IMG/VR virus record: IMGVR_UViG_3300021400_000484
Coordinates: 1-64,000 of that record
DNA: 64,000 bases
DNA from: an uncultured virus (IMG/VR IMGVR_UViG_3300021400_000484)
Taxonomy: Duplodnaviria; Heunggongvirae; Uroviricota; Caudoviricetes
Reading direction: 5' to 3' (one strand)
Part shown: positions 10,846 through 21,413 of the stretch, one piece after another
Numbering within the stretch: the first letter of the stretch is position 1
Layout: every line of letters starts with the position of its first letter
Notes under the pieces: generated by a model
What the model was told of the DNA's origin: nothing
Database searches by the model: none
The model's input: only the letters and a program-made list of their open reading frames with translations
Made by a program: the position numbers and the translations under genes

Positions 10846-11697
10846 TTATAAATTATACTCTATTATTTCAGTGTACGGTGTATCTATATTGTTATTGGAA
10901 TTGTCGTTATTGTTTTCGCTATTGGTATTTCCATTTTCTCCAACGTCAATAACAGGATCGTCAGAAACTTTGATTGCAAGAACAACACAAGGTGAAGTAG
11001 GATTTGTATTTTTTGTTTCTGTTAATAATTTCCATGTGCCAGTTACTTTGCTTTCTCTTAAATCAGAAATGCTAAAACATCCAGAATTAGGCGCGTTAAA
11101 GCACATCGGATGGAGATCAGATCCTTTTACCAACGAAGCATATTTAGCAGGTTGACCATTTTCATTGTAATATAAGAACATAGCCATTGCTCCGATTTCA
11201 TCCATATCGGTGACATCTTCCATCGGAGTATCATTATATATTGGAGCAATTTCATACCATTGTGCTGTATCGACATCCCAATATAATTTTAAATAAGGAT
11301 TATACCAGCATTTTACTTCGCCATCGCGTGCATAATAAACAATAGAAGGCGTCTGTGTTATGCCGAAATTATCCTGTAATTCTTGTTCTGTATAAAAATT
11401 GCCTTTATAATAAAGTCTGCCATCAGATGAATAAATAAATTTTTCTCTTTTATCAATGATATAGAGATAAGTATGTTTTGTGTCAGATGGTTGTGGTTCG
11501 ATTGTGTCTATATTGTGTTTGTTGCAATCGTAAATCTGTAAAACATGGATCTGTCTAACAAGATCGAGCATGAGTGGTTCGCACGCAACGTTCGCATAGA
11601 TCGTCTCATCGTTTTCTCTAACCCCAACGGGGGATTTAAAACGTTTTTGAAGTTGCATTCTGACTAGCTCATCATATTTAGACATAACAATTACCAA
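10846..11697 (-). CDS. Fibre-associated protein; C-terminal domain paralogous to the 792-aa fibre tip
   Basis: IGAMAMFLY...TGTWKLL...PCVVLAIKVS aligns with VGSIGLFIY...TGTWRLL...PCLVLAQKIS. Confidence 0.7.
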   Translation of the reverse strand: MVIVMSKYDELVRMQLQKRFKSPVGVRENDETIYANVACEPLMLDLVRQIHVLQIYDCNKHNIDTIEPQPSDTKHTYLYIIDKREKFIYSSDGRLYYKGNFYTEQELQDNFGITQTPSIVYYARDGEVKCWYNPYLKLYWDVDTAQWYEIAPIYNDTPMEDVTDMDEIGAMAMFLYYNENGQPAKYASLVKGSDLHPMCFNAPNSGCFSISDLRESKVTGTWKLLTETKNTNPTSPCVVLAIKVSDDPVIDVGENGNTNSENNNDNSNNNIDTPYTEIIEYNL

Positions 11698-12018
11698 TTA
11701 GAGATTTTTGATAAATTCAATCAAATCAGCACATAACAATATCTGCTGAAACGGACATTCTTTTGTATCATTAAATGTTGGTCTTAACCTGATTACATTG
11801 TCCATTAGTGCTTGTTGGTTTATTCTTACAACTGCATACTTCGTATAGTGTGAAGTAAGCATACAGATGATTTTAAGCATGGACAGCTTTTCAAGTACGT
11901 CCATAGGTGATATGGATAGCAAAGATGCCGTCTGGATTACATCCAAGAATCCGAATGGCGCATAAAGACCATCATTTATTGATATGAATGTGTCATCTGA
12001 TGAATAATTTAGTTCCAT
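11698..12018 (-). CDS. Hypothetical protein
   Basis: 106-aa ORF with SD GAGG, co-directional with neighbours. Confidence 0.6.
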   Translation of the reverse strand: MELNYSSDDTFISINDGLYAPFGFLDVIQTASLLSISPMDVLEKLSMLKIICMLTSHYTKYAVVRINQQALMDNVIRLRPTFNDTKECPFQQILLCADLIEFIKNL

Positions 12019-12168
12019 GAGTGACCTCTTATATTTTTTATAAAATTTAAAATTTTAGAGTTGACAATCTGTTTCAACTAAATTTAATATAGATATAATT
12101 GTCAACTCGTTTTCGATATTTGTTTGTTATTTCAAATCAACAAAGCGGTTGATCTTCAACAATTTAGT

Positions 12169-13293
12169 TTATGCAGTCCAACGTTCAATATCATTTTTTG
12201 TATAGAAGCAATCCTTAATGGATTTATCCATACGGATTTTAATAGGGACTGCGTTCATAAAACGATCTTCATTAAATGAGAAAAATGAAGATGAAAATTC
12301 GACGACAGAACCAATGTTCAATATTTGCCTAGGATTAAATGCGCGTGAACAAAGCACGTTTAAATAAGATGTTGGTATATCTGCAACTGGCTTTGATATG
12401 TCGCTGTCAACAAATGCTGATAAAGATATTATCTTTTGATCTGTCTTTACAACATCAGAAACAAAGCCCTCAAGTGTATCTTCTATAATTGAGTAATCGA
12501 AAGCATTTCCTTTTACTTTAACCCAGTTATATTTTGAGCGAGTTCCTTTCGTTGAATATTTAGATGAGAAATTTTTGATAACAACGCCCTCGCCACCTTT
12601 GCTTTTTATGTGGTTATAAAAGTCAATTTTTTTGATTTTTGAATATTTTGTAACTGTTATTTTTCTATCCGAGATTGATTCAACGATATGTTCTGTTATA
12701 TATCGTCTGAAATACCAAGGTTCTTCTGTAATATAATTATCATTAAAATATATGCAGTCGAAAGCATAAAGTTTATATTTGTTTTCTGAAATCACGAGTT
12801 CGCAGTCCAATAGAAATGTTTTATAAAATTTGTCTGGACTTTTAAGACTAAGTTTTATGAAGCTATTCGTTATATTTTTCGGCAACAAAGTGTCTTCATT
12901 ATTTTCACGACCAAACAATTCATATCCATTGTTTTTGTCGTATGCGTAATTAAATGCGAGATAACATCTTATGCCATCAATTTTTTCGTCTGCAATATAT
13001 TCATCTGATTTCCAAAGCTCTATTTGATCTTTGTTCTCTAATGATTTCATTCTCAAGCATAACATCGGTGTGTCTGAATGGATGATGCTTTTATATGATT
13101 CTGGATATAAGTGCGCATATTCTGTATTATAAAAATGCTCACGAATGATTCTACATTTTTCAGCTTTACTTAATTCCTTTTTATTCTCGTTGTGATTCTC
13201 ACAGTTAATGTTAGTATTGTTGTCTATACAAACTCTTATATCATTAAAAATGCTATTGATTTCTTTTGCGTTATGAGTCGTTTCGATAGACAT
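12169..13293 (-). CDS. ATP-dependent DNA ligase
   Basis: Motif I EKIDGIR, LLDCEL, YAFDCI, GEGVVIK, WVKVK. ATG 13293 follows SD GGAG (ORF track extends to 13338). Confidence 0.9.
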   Translation of the reverse strand: MSIETTHNAKEINSIFNDIRVCIDNNTNINCENHNENKKELSKAEKCRIIREHFYNTEYAHLYPESYKSIIHSDTPMLCLRMKSLENKDQIELWKSDEYIADEKIDGIRCYLAFNYAYDKNNGYELFGRENNEDTLLPKNITNSFIKLSLKSPDKFYKTFLLDCELVISENKYKLYAFDCIYFNDNYITEEPWYFRRYITEHIVESISDRKITVTKYSKIKKIDFYNHIKSKGGEGVVIKNFSSKYSTKGTRSKYNWVKVKGNAFDYSIIEDTLEGFVSDVVKTDQKIISLSAFVDSDISKPVADIPTSYLNVLCSRAFNPRQILNIGSVVEFSSSFFSFNEDRFMNAVPIKIRMDKSIKDCFYTKNDIERWTA

Positions 13294-13505
13294 AATGATC
13301 TCCAAAAAAAATGGTGTGTTCAGTCGCACATCTGCCATAGATATTTGACTAAAAACTTGACAATGTGCTAAATGATGTATGTTTTTTGTTTTTTAGAATA
13401 ATATTCTAAAAATCTACTTTCTATGTTTTTAGAGAGTAGAATAGCATATATATTATATGGCACAAAAAAAATGGCGTCAACTTTTGTTGACACCAACCTG
13501 AAAAA

Positions 13506-14216
13506 TTAATCTTTGCACTCGGCCACATAAATCATCTTAATCACTGTTATGGCTAGTGCGTAACTTTGATAAGATTTTGACCGAACTTTTTTTATTGAAT
13601 CATTGTAGCGATAATTTGTTTTGCGTTTCAAGTTAGAGCCGCCAGCGTTATAGGCGGCAATTCCCCAAAGAGCATTACCATTGAAAGCATCTACGTTACG
13701 TTTAATGTATTGCGCTGCGGCTTCGGTAGCTTTTCGGTAATCATTGCGTTCATCGACTTTTGAATTTATGACAAGACCATAGTGTCTTGATATGTAAGGC
13801 ATGAGCTGCCACAATCCTTTTGCTTGTTTGCTTGAAACGTTGTTTGTTATTCCGCCTGATTCTGCGAGCGCTAAATAAATCCAGTATTTTGAAATGTTGT
13901 GTTTTTCTAAGATGGATTCGACCTCATCTCTTATCGGCTCGATCTGTTCAAGATAGGAATTGAGCGATGATGGATAATTCCATTCTGATATTAGGTCAAT
14001 CATTTCGTTGTAATCACATGTGGGACAGAAATCAGTTAATGCTTGGCATTTTGGCTTTGCTTCTGATTTGTTGAATGTGCCCAAAAGAACAAGAAATAAG
14101 ATTGCGACCGTTACAAATAAAACCTTTCTTAAAATTAACATTGTTTTTCCTCGAAAACGATTAGTCTTTAGTTTACCAGCACGCGACATTGCATACCTGT
14201 TTGGATGGCTAATCAA
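13506..14216 (-). CDS. Lytic transglycosylase (SLT/MltD-like) with N-terminal hydrophobic segment
   Basis: LALAESG catalytic Glu, AKGLWQLMP, VDERND, IAAYNAG. Confidence 0.9.
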   Translation of the reverse strand: MISHPNRYAMSRAGKLKTNRFRGKTMLILRKVLFVTVAILFLVLLGTFNKSEAKPKCQALTDFCPTCDYNEMIDLISEWNYPSSLNSYLEQIEPIRDEVESILEKHNISKYWIYLALAESGGITNNVSSKQAKGLWQLMPYISRHYGLVINSKVDERNDYRKATEAAAQYIKRNVDAFNGNALWGIAAYNAGGSNLKRKTNYRYNDSIKKVRSKSYQSYALAITVIKMIYVAECKD

Positions 14217-14291
14217 AGAAATGCGTGCCGAGCTTTTTGCAAGGCACGCATCCCAAATATCACAATAAGCGATATGAGCAAAATTTTGAGG

Positions 14292-15941
14292 TTAGCTTCT
14301 GCTATCCGTTATGGCAACTTCTGCCTTTACTTCAATTTGCGTCATATCATTTAGCAAAACATAAGCGACAGTCTCAGCTTTTTCGCTACCACCATCTTTA
14401 GCGATAACGTGAAGCTGATAATTTCCAATTGTTAGAGAACTTTCAGTGGTGTCTATTGGTGTGCCAGAGACAAGAACGATCTCATCTTTGATAACTCGCC
14501 CGAATTGATTCTGTATTTCGGTGATAGCACCAGTCACAGATAGTGTGTTTCCGTTCCATTCAGATCCACTTGCGCCTGCCATTTCAGCCGTATCATCAAT
14601 TGTTGCTTTAAGATCGCCTGTTTTTACAGTCCAATTTTCTTTAGCTTTAAATGGCCTGCTGTCAACAACTTCGACATCAAACGTCATTGGGCTTATTGCA
14701 GTGTCTTCTGTAAATGACACAGTAACGTGAGCCTTTGATGATGACTGATTTAAATTGAGTGATTTTTCGACGACAACATCACCAATGACAGGTGTTGTGC
14801 CTGTAGCTGTAGCTGTAATGCCTGTTGCTGCGACAACAGCAGAATCGCCTTTAAATGTGAATCCAGCATTTGAGTAAGTAAGTTCGAGTGGTGCAGACTG
14901 TGTGAAAGTAAAGTCAGAAACTTCGGTGGCTGCATCACGTTCATCCGCTTTATAAACGATTGGCAGAACGATTGTAAGAGGTCTGATATCTGCATGTTCA
15001 AATGTCACAGAGGCAAATAGTGTATTATGGAGTTTTATTGCGGTGTCTTCGCCCTGTCCAACATAAGCAGTTGGATTCTCAGGAAATGCAGTTCCGACGG
15101 CAACGGTGCAAGTAGGATCAACTGTAAATGCTTCATGTGTTCTTGGATCAATCAGTCCACCAACAACTGTGACTTCAAGTTTGGCAGGATCATTATCTTT
15201 AATTTCACCTTTAAGCCCTTTACATGAAGTGGCATTGTCGCCATTTAATTCTGTGACTTCAAGGTTTGTTCCATCTTCAACAACAGGAATGACCGCTTCA
15301 ACACGCTCATCGACAACAAGAATCTGAACGCTTGTAAAAGATGCGTTCAAAGATTTGTCTTCTGGTCTAAAAATAAGTGGAATAACATTATTCGCACGAG
15401 GGTTGATTTTTAGTGTAATTGCATCCATATCAGAAAAATCAATACTGAATGGATTCTTAATGCTTTCGTCGATAATAAGTTTAACATCATCAATTGACAG
15501 AGTTCCTGCGACTTCTTCTCCGTCGGCTTTGTGTGCTTTCATGTCTAATGCGTCGAGCAGCGCATTAACATTTATAGTGATTGGATCGCCTTTGAATTTC
15601 TCAGCAGTGCTTGAACTGTCGAAACTTACGATAGTAGAATCAGACGTTTTCACAACAACTTTTCGTGGTGAAATCTTATATCCGAGTTTATCGAATGATA
15701 AAAGCCTGTCGCTGATTGTATAAGATTCTTGACGTTCAACGCCGCAAACCTCTTTACTGATTCCACCATAAACAGGATTATGGTCAACAGGGATATTCTC
15801 GGTTCTGTTTTCAGCGCAAATGCGATTGTTCAATTCTTTATAATCCAAACCACCATCTTTAGCTAATAGTTCGACGCGTGGACGTAGAAGTTGGGCGGCT
15901 GTGATTTCTGCATATATACTGACTTGTGGTAATACTGACAT
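14292..15941 (-). CDS. Putative virion structural protein (acidic, beta-rich), paralog of 38731-40683
   Basis: SD AGGAG; CTATCTAA motif upstream; shared blocks AAQxLxPRV and IxNQxG. Confidence 0.65.
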   Translation of the reverse strand: MSVLPQVSIYAEITAAQLLRPRVELLAKDGGLDYKELNNRICAENRTENIPVDHNPVYGGISKEVCGVERQESYTISDRLLSFDKLGYKISPRKVVVKTSDSTIVSFDSSSTAEKFKGDPITINVNALLDALDMKAHKADGEEVAGTLSIDDVKLIIDESIKNPFSIDFSDMDAITLKINPRANNVIPLIFRPEDKSLNASFTSVQILVVDERVEAVIPVVEDGTNLEVTELNGDNATSCKGLKGEIKDNDPAKLEVTVVGGLIDPRTHEAFTVDPTCTVAVGTAFPENPTAYVGQGEDTAIKLHNTLFASVTFEHADIRPLTIVLPIVYKADERDAATEVSDFTFTQSAPLELTYSNAGFTFKGDSAVVAATGITATATGTTPVIGDVVVEKSLNLNQSSSKAHVTVSFTEDTAISPMTFDVEVVDSRPFKAKENWTVKTGDLKATIDDTAEMAGASGSEWNGNTLSVTGAITEIQNQFGRVIKDEIVLVSGTPIDTTESSLTIGNYQLHVIAKDGGSEKAETVAYVLLNDMTQIEVKAEVAITDSRS

Positions 15942-16002
15942 ATCATTCTCTCCTAGAAGAATAAGTTGTTGCCAAAAAGACGATCTATATTAGATAGGGC
16001 GG

Positions 16003-16383
16003 TCAATGATTAAGAAATTTTCCATAATTTTTACGGAAATATCTGTATAGTGGATAGAAAATCCGTTTTGGTGGTGTATAAAGAGTTCCATAGTCAATTG
16101 AACGAATAAGTGTACTGTATGGAATGTCTTTATATGTTCCTTTTTTATAATCAATAATTATTGATTTTTTATCTTTTGATATTGATACTTCAAAAAAAGT
16201 AAGCAGTGTTTTCGTTGGTATATACTTCTTGAGAAGCGGGCACATCACACCATATACACGAAAAAAAGACAGTCGTGTTGCAATGATTTTATAAAAATTC
16301 TTTTTTATATTCTCATAATTTGATTCAGTGAATCTGAATTTGCTAACAATATTGATCGGCAACTGAAAGTCTGTACTTTTCAT
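16003..16383 (-). CDS. Hypothetical protein
   Basis: 126-aa ORF overlapping the upstream gene. Confidence 0.55.
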   Translation of the reverse strand: MKSTDFQLPINIVSKFRFTESNYENIKKNFYKIIATRLSFFRVYGVMCPLLKKYIPTKTLLTFFEVSISKDKKSIIIDYKKGTYKDIPYSTLIRSIDYGTLYTPPKRIFYPLYRYFRKNYGKFLNH

Positions 16384-16885
16384 ATGTATCTAAAATCTCT
16401 CTTTGTCTATTTAATGTCTTTTTTAGAAAGAAAATATCTTGACTGTCAAACACATGATTTTTTGTGTTTATAAGGCTTTCATAAATAATATCATCTTCTT
16501 CAGCAGTAATGCTTCTTGGTAATATTTCATAATAATTTATGCGCTCAATACATTTGTTATTTTTCATATATTTATTGATGTTATCACACATTTGAAATGC
16601 TTTTTCCAATTTTTCTATTTGCTCTTTTTTATGTTCTATATATTCAGAAAGATCTCGAATGTTTTTGTTTCGTGTTTCATCTTTTATCATTTTTATGTTT
16701 TCATCACTCAATCCATTTTGTATATTTTCTTTTCGTTTTCTTTTGATTGAACTTCTGAGGCTTACTATTCCTCTTAAATCTTCAATTTTTTTATTGCAAG
16801 GTTCGCTGTTCTTATCTAATATTAACTTGTCATTTATAACATTAAAAATGACATCATAGAAATTTAATTGTTTGTTTTCACACAT
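16343..16885 (-). CDS. Hypothetical coiled-coil protein
   Basis: 180-aa ORF. Confidence 0.55.
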   Translation of the reverse strand: MCENKQLNFYDVIFNVINDKLILDKNSEPCNKKIEDLRGIVSLRSSIKRKRKENIQNGLSDENIKMIKDETRNKNIRDLSEYIEHKKEQIEKLEKAFQMCDNINKYMKNNKCIERINYYEILPRSITAEEDDIIYESLINTKNHVFDSQDIFFLKKTLNRQREILDTYEKYRLSVADQYC

Positions 16886-16896
16886 GGCATTGAATT

Positions 16897-17883
16897 ATGG
16901 CTGACTATAATCCAGAAACACATAATTTTTCAGAAGCTAAGACTGCCTCTGTTGCAACTTTAGATAGTATAACAGGATTGCTCAAAAAAGCAATAAAAGG
17001 AAACGTTGTAACTGTTGCTGGCAAAAAGACATATGATGGTTATATCGACGATGAGAAAACCATATTTGCATTAGAGAAAGCAATAAAAGAACTTGACTAC
17101 TGGATTAACCAAATGCCAGACCCAGAACCAGACCATGAAGATGAATCGCCGAAAACAAAAGCAGAAGAATTTAAAAAAAATATCGAAACAGTAAAAGACA
17201 CTTTAGAATCGACTTCAAAGCTCAATGATGCTTATATAGAAATGGCAAACAATGGTGCGCCACTTGTTGAATTTAAGTCAGTTGAATCACCTGTCGCAGA
17301 ATGGTCGCCAACAGATGACGACATGCCTTATATTGAACTTTGGGGAAAGACGCAAAGTAATGGTCTTGCAAAATTGAAAGATCTAAATGGAACTGTTTCG
17401 TTGCGTGGCCAATATGGAAACTTTGATGTAGAAAGTGAATCAGAATTTGATAGAAATAAATGTAGGTTTAATGTTGTACTCGCAGTCAAGGATGGTTCTG
17501 GAAATTATGTAACAAAGCCTGTTTATAATGGCAGTGGAACTTATGAAGGTAATACGGTTTATCTCGTAATTCGTGGTGAAACGGTTACTGATGGCGATAA
17601 TGAAAAGGTTGGTCGCCAATATTACGATTTTGATGTAAAAGATAGAACCGTTAAGATTGTAAAGATTGGAAACAGAATGATGGCTCATGTTGGCTTTGAT
17701 TTTGTTTTTCCGATTGGAGCAAGCAGGGATAAGTATTTAGAATATCCAGAAAAATATTTCTCTATTGCAAAGACACTGCCACCTTATAATTTGGAAGATA
17801 TTGACACTTCTGATATTAACAAATATTACGAAGAAAATGGATTCTGGCTTTACGTTGTCGATAACAGAAATGAATATGAGTGA
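16897..17883 (+). CDS. Hypothetical protein
   Basis: 328-aa ORF followed by a terminator-like hairpin. Confidence 0.7.
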   Translation: MADYNPETHNFSEAKTASVATLDSITGLLKKAIKGNVVTVAGKKTYDGYIDDEKTIFALEKAIKELDYWINQMPDPEPDHEDESPKTKAEEFKKNIETVKDTLESTSKLNDAYIEMANNGAPLVEFKSVESPVAEWSPTDDDMPYIELWGKTQSNGLAKLKDLNGTVSLRGQYGNFDVESESEFDRNKCRFNVVLAVKDGSGNYVTKPVYNGSGTYEGNTVYLVIRGETVTDGDNEKVGRQYYDFDVKDRTVKIVKIGNRMMAHVGFDFVFPIGASRDKYLEYPEKYFSIAKTLPPYNLEDIDTSDINKYYEENGFWLYVVDNRNEYE

Positions 17884-17890
17884 AAAAAAA

Positions 17891-17910
17891 GAGCCGCGAT
17901 AATGCGGCTC
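17891..17910. terminator. Intrinsic terminator hairpin between convergent genes
   Basis: A-run then GAGCCGC-GATAAT-GCGGCTC. Confidence 0.6.
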
Positions 17911-17987
17911 AAATTTTATAAAGAAGCGAGCGAGAAAACCCACTAGGCTTTAGCCCGTGGGATGAAAACGATCTATTTTTTTAATAA

Positions 17988-19253
17988 TTAAACTTTCTCT
18001 ACACATATTAACCGATTTCTCCTCGGTGATATTCTTTTGCATAGGTTTAATTTCGGAGTCCTATTGCTCTTACCTAAATGACTAAAATCTACTTTCTTGC
18101 CATATATATTCATAAGTACGGCATATCCACTACTCATACGACCTTTGATAAAATATTCTCTTCCAAAATATTTTACCTTGTCGAATTTTCTGAATCCATG
18201 TATTTTGCCTGTTTCTATTCTTAACTCGCTTCGAGTTCCTTTTGTTTGTTGCATATCACCATGTGGAATATCTCGTTTAACATAAACTAACTCATTTAGG
18301 TTTATTATTGTTTCGCCTCCACTAGCAATAACGCAAGCATCTAAGTGATGGTCTTTTGCTATATTTAAATTCTGTCTGTTGGCTTTAGTTATATATCCAA
18401 ATGTTTCGATAGCTTCTGGATAATATTTCAATAATCGTATTCGGATAGAATTCATTTGTGTTGCGTGCTTTAATTGGCCTTTTGGTTCACCTTTTAATTT
18501 CAGTTTGATTTCTCTATTATGTAGTTTTTTATGACAATCATGGCATAGCGTTATTAAATTTTCTGGACTATCTCCACCACCATTAGACCTAAAAATTATA
18601 TGATGCACTTCTAATTTTACGCCTTTCTTTTTGGTTTTACATATATGACATTTATATCCGTCTCGGTTCAATACCATTGCTTTTGTATTCTCAAATCCAT
18701 AATTAGTTCCTTTTTGATAACCCCACTTAGCTATTTTTGGATTAGCCAGAGAAGGATTTTTCAGTAGATGAGGATCAAAAGTCCCTGTCTCTAATACTAA
18801 TTTAGTTATCGGAAGAATAGACTTAATGAACTCTATTTCCTTTATGTGACTGTGATATTTGCTTATCATAGTTGGACTAAATCTATTTGAACGAATAGAA
18901 TTCCTGCGATAATTAAATCTAGCTTTTCTATACCGCGTTTTTCTATTACGCCTGTTTCTGCGATAGGTTCTACGCCTATCCATCTTTTCTTTAATATCAT
19001 TTCTGATTATAACTTTAGATGTATAGACTATTTTTCCGTCATTTGTAGAAACAGCATTTCCTATAACCGAACTCCCAGTATCAACACCAAGTGTTAGCTC
19101 CTGTACGATCTCTGGAATTTCATAGAGTAGCTTAATCGTGAATGGCATTCGTCGAACAACTTTTGCTTTACCAGCTTTAAGAAGTTTGCGAACATGTCCA
19201 TGCCTATTTGTTGGCATTAAAGGCTTGTTCTCTTTTGTTAATACATAAACCAT
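17988..19253 (-). CDS. iscB: RNA-guided endonuclease IscB
   Basis: PLMP N-terminus, RuvC-I LGVDTGS, Arg-rich bridge helix RRTYRRNRRNRKTRYR, RuvC-II LVLE, HNH (CHIC...EVHH...NLITLCHDCH), RuvC-III HHLDA. Confidence 0.95.
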   Translation of the reverse strand: MVYVLTKENKPLMPTNRHGHVRKLLKAGKAKVVRRMPFTIKLLYEIPEIVQELTLGVDTGSSVIGNAVSTNDGKIVYTSKVIIRNDIKEKMDRRRTYRRNRRNRKTRYRKARFNYRRNSIRSNRFSPTMISKYHSHIKEIEFIKSILPITKLVLETGTFDPHLLKNPSLANPKIAKWGYQKGTNYGFENTKAMVLNRDGYKCHICKTKKKGVKLEVHHIIFRSNGGGDSPENLITLCHDCHKKLHNREIKLKLKGEPKGQLKHATQMNSIRIRLLKYYPEAIETFGYITKANRQNLNIAKDHHLDACVIASGGETIINLNELVYVKRDIPHGDMQQTKGTRSELRIETGKIHGFRKFDKVKYFGREYFIKGRMSSGYAVLMNIYGKKVDFSHLGKSNRTPKLNLCKRISPRRNRLICVEKV

Positions 19254-19548
19254 AAAACATCCTAAAAAAACTGTAAGTCTGGGTTATTGCTAATCCAGTA
19301 ATGAGTATCTTATATCTGTTACCAATATAAGAATCCTTCTTCAACTCGACAAAGATAGAAAGGCTTTTTAAACATACTCCACAAGGCTGTAATTACTCTG
19401 ACCTAACTTAGTTGTATGCGACATATCCTTAGTCTGTTGCGTCAACCGAGGGTGTCTTGACCTAACTATCGTAGCTAGAATTTCTCCTAACTTAGTCTGG
19501 TAAACCATTTAACAGAAGCCCACCGTCTTTAAACGGTGGGTAGTTCAC
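19254..19548 (-). ncRNA. IscB omegaRNA (HEARO-like) scaffold; guide comes from the flank at ~19549-19568
   Basis: Minus strand begins GTGAACTACCCACCGTTTAAAGACGGTGGGCTTC...CCAGACTAAG...CTACGATAG, typical of IscB omegaRNA 5' scaffolds, directly upstream of iscB. Confidence 0.85.
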
Positions 19549-19562
19549 ATGTTTGACAATAA

Positions 19563-20639
19563 TCAGACATCATCTTCTGCAAGCGTCTTAGCTTTAAAGC
19601 AACAATCGCAAAATCTATTCTGATAAAACGTTGCATATCCAGCAGCTTTTGACAGCTTTTCAAACACTGCATAATTTTTTTTCAGTGTTTCGTCATCAAC
19701 ATCATCTCTAACGTTGTATAGTAGATTGTAGCACTCATTGCATATAGACGACACAATATCCTTTATTGTCGTTCCATGTATGATTTCTTTTTTGATATAT
19801 TTCTTTGGAATCTTTGTTTCCATAGCAAGATGCTTTAAATAAGCCTCGGAATCAATTGCTTGCGCAACTTCAAATTTTAGCTTGTTTATATTATCATAAA
19901 GGAAATCTTCTGATTCACCAAGAATTGTTGAAACGTTTGTGTCGATATCAACATCTTTTTTAAATGCAGGCTTGCATTCTGTGATGCCTTTAATGTCGAA
20001 AATGATAGGAATATCTTTCCCATCAACTTTTCTAAAGGCGCACGGATGAATTGTTGTCTTAATCGAACCAAGACGATTGCAACGCAGCCATCCGCCATAA
20101 CTGTGATGCTTCAATCCAAACCCGATTGTAATAATGCCACAATTGTTTTCATAGTGATAAACAACGAGTGCATCATCTAATTCGCTGTCAGTCCAATCTT
20201 TTGATGCGTTAGGGTCTGCATCATTGCTTCCAATCTTATACCAATTTCTGATTGCAGCCATAATGTCACCAACTTTGATTGGTTCTGTGTCTGCGGCAAC
20301 GTCTTCAACGAATCTATCTTTTACTAACAAATAAAAGTCAATTTCAGACACAGCAAACATCTGCATCAATGCTTCAATAATTTTTTCTGGCTTCAATACT
20401 AAAATATCAAAGTGCTTGCTACCTATACCGCAGGCCATTGCTAATTTTTTAAGACAATCTTCGTTTAATATGACAGTCTCAGTCTTGTTTTCTTCTGTTG
20501 GAATAGTTAGTTTATAGTCAAAGCCGATCATGCCATCAAAATGCTCAATCGAAATGTTGCCCATCGTTGGATTGAACATAAGAATTTTTGCGTTGTCAGT
20601 CATCGTTAAAGCGTTCAAGCAATCACATAGTTTTTGCAT
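19563..20639 (-). CDS. Hypothetical protein
   Basis: 358-aa ORF with SD AGGAG. Confidence 0.75.
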   Translation of the reverse strand: MQKLCDCLNALTMTDNAKILMFNPTMGNISIEHFDGMIGFDYKLTIPTEENKTETVILNEDCLKKLAMACGIGSKHFDILVLKPEKIIEALMQMFAVSEIDFYLLVKDRFVEDVAADTEPIKVGDIMAAIRNWYKIGSNDADPNASKDWTDSELDDALVVYHYENNCGIITIGFGLKHHSYGGWLRCNRLGSIKTTIHPCAFRKVDGKDIPIIFDIKGITECKPAFKKDVDIDTNVSTILGESEDFLYDNINKLKFEVAQAIDSEAYLKHLAMETKIPKKYIKKEIIHGTTIKDIVSSICNECYNLLYNVRDDVDDETLKKNYAVFEKLSKAAGYATFYQNRFCDCCFKAKTLAEDDV

Positions 20640-20663
20640 GTTTGTTCTCCTTTGTGCAGTGTG

Positions 20664-21413
20664 TTATTTCTTTTGCTTTGCCTGAATTTCGGCAAAGTGC
20701 TTTGGACATACGGGGATATAAAGACCCCAAGACGGGTTTATAACACCTTCTCCATTATTGCAAGCCCTTTCTGGATTGATTGCAGAGAAAACAGCACGTC
20801 TATTGCAATATGAACATATTGTCTTAATTTCAGTGATTTCATCAGCTTGAGCCATAAGAACAGCGGCGGCATCCCATAAAACACCATCGCTGTTTGTGCG
20901 CAAACCGTAGCACATCACAGGCAGGCATAGATTTATCGTAATATCTTTATCTTTATATAATGATAAAAAGTCTTCACCTAATAAAACCAACATTACAGGA
21001 TCGTGTTTGTCGAACCTAACTGTAATTCCAGAAGCAGATAGTTTTCGTAAATCGTTAATTTGCTCAACAGTCAGGAATTGAGCTTCATCCACAATGACAG
21101 CTTCAGCCACTTTGTTTACTGACTTTTCTAATTCTTTTAATGTCTTTAATTTAGATTTATCCTTATATATTTGAATAAATCTATCAACAACGTATTCTGT
21201 TATCTTTTGCAGGACGCTTTCGTTTGTTCCAAGTGTAATATCTGGCGTTGCACTTAACCCTGCACGGGATTCTACTTTGTCGGAACGAGTATCCATTTGA
21301 GGTCTGATTAGTATTGCTTTTCTGCCTTGCAATTCATAATTTTTATAGACAGCTAACAGATTAAGCGTTTTGGATGATGATACTGTTCCATAATTGAAAT
21401 ATAACTTTGACAT
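20664..21413 (-). CDS. tdk: Thymidine kinase
   Basis: LYFNYGTVSSSKT P-loop, DTRS..VESRAG, VIVDEAQFL, VMCYGLRTN, ADEITEIKTICSYC...C zinc motif. Confidence 0.93.
   Translation of the reverse strand: MSKLYFNYGTVSSSKTLNLLAVYKNYELQGRKAILIRPQMDTRSDKVESRAGLSATPDITLGTNESVLQKITEYVVDRFIQIYKDKSKLKTLKELEKSVNKVAEAVIVDEAQFLTVEQINDLRKLSASGITVRFDKHDPVMLVLLGEDFLSLYKDKDITINLCLPVMCYGLRTNSDGVLWDAAAVLMAQADEITEIKTICSYCNRRAVFSAINPERACNNGEGVINPSWGLYIPVCPKHFAEIQAKQKK

Larger units (their letters stand above)
17933..19548 (-). mobile_element. Non-autonomous IS200/IS605-superfamily IscB (OMEGA) element
   Basis: End hairpin AGAAAACCCACTAGGCTTTAGCCCGTGGGATGAAAA at 17933 and CCCACCGTCTTTAAACGGTGGGTAGTTCAC ending at 19548 bracket iscB and its omegaRNA; no tnpA. 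Confidence 0.85.

Noticed and set aside
1..11697. Diversity-generating retroelement acting on fibre genes
   Set aside because: No reverse transcriptase in the window; repeat differences look largely synonymous rather than adenine-specific.
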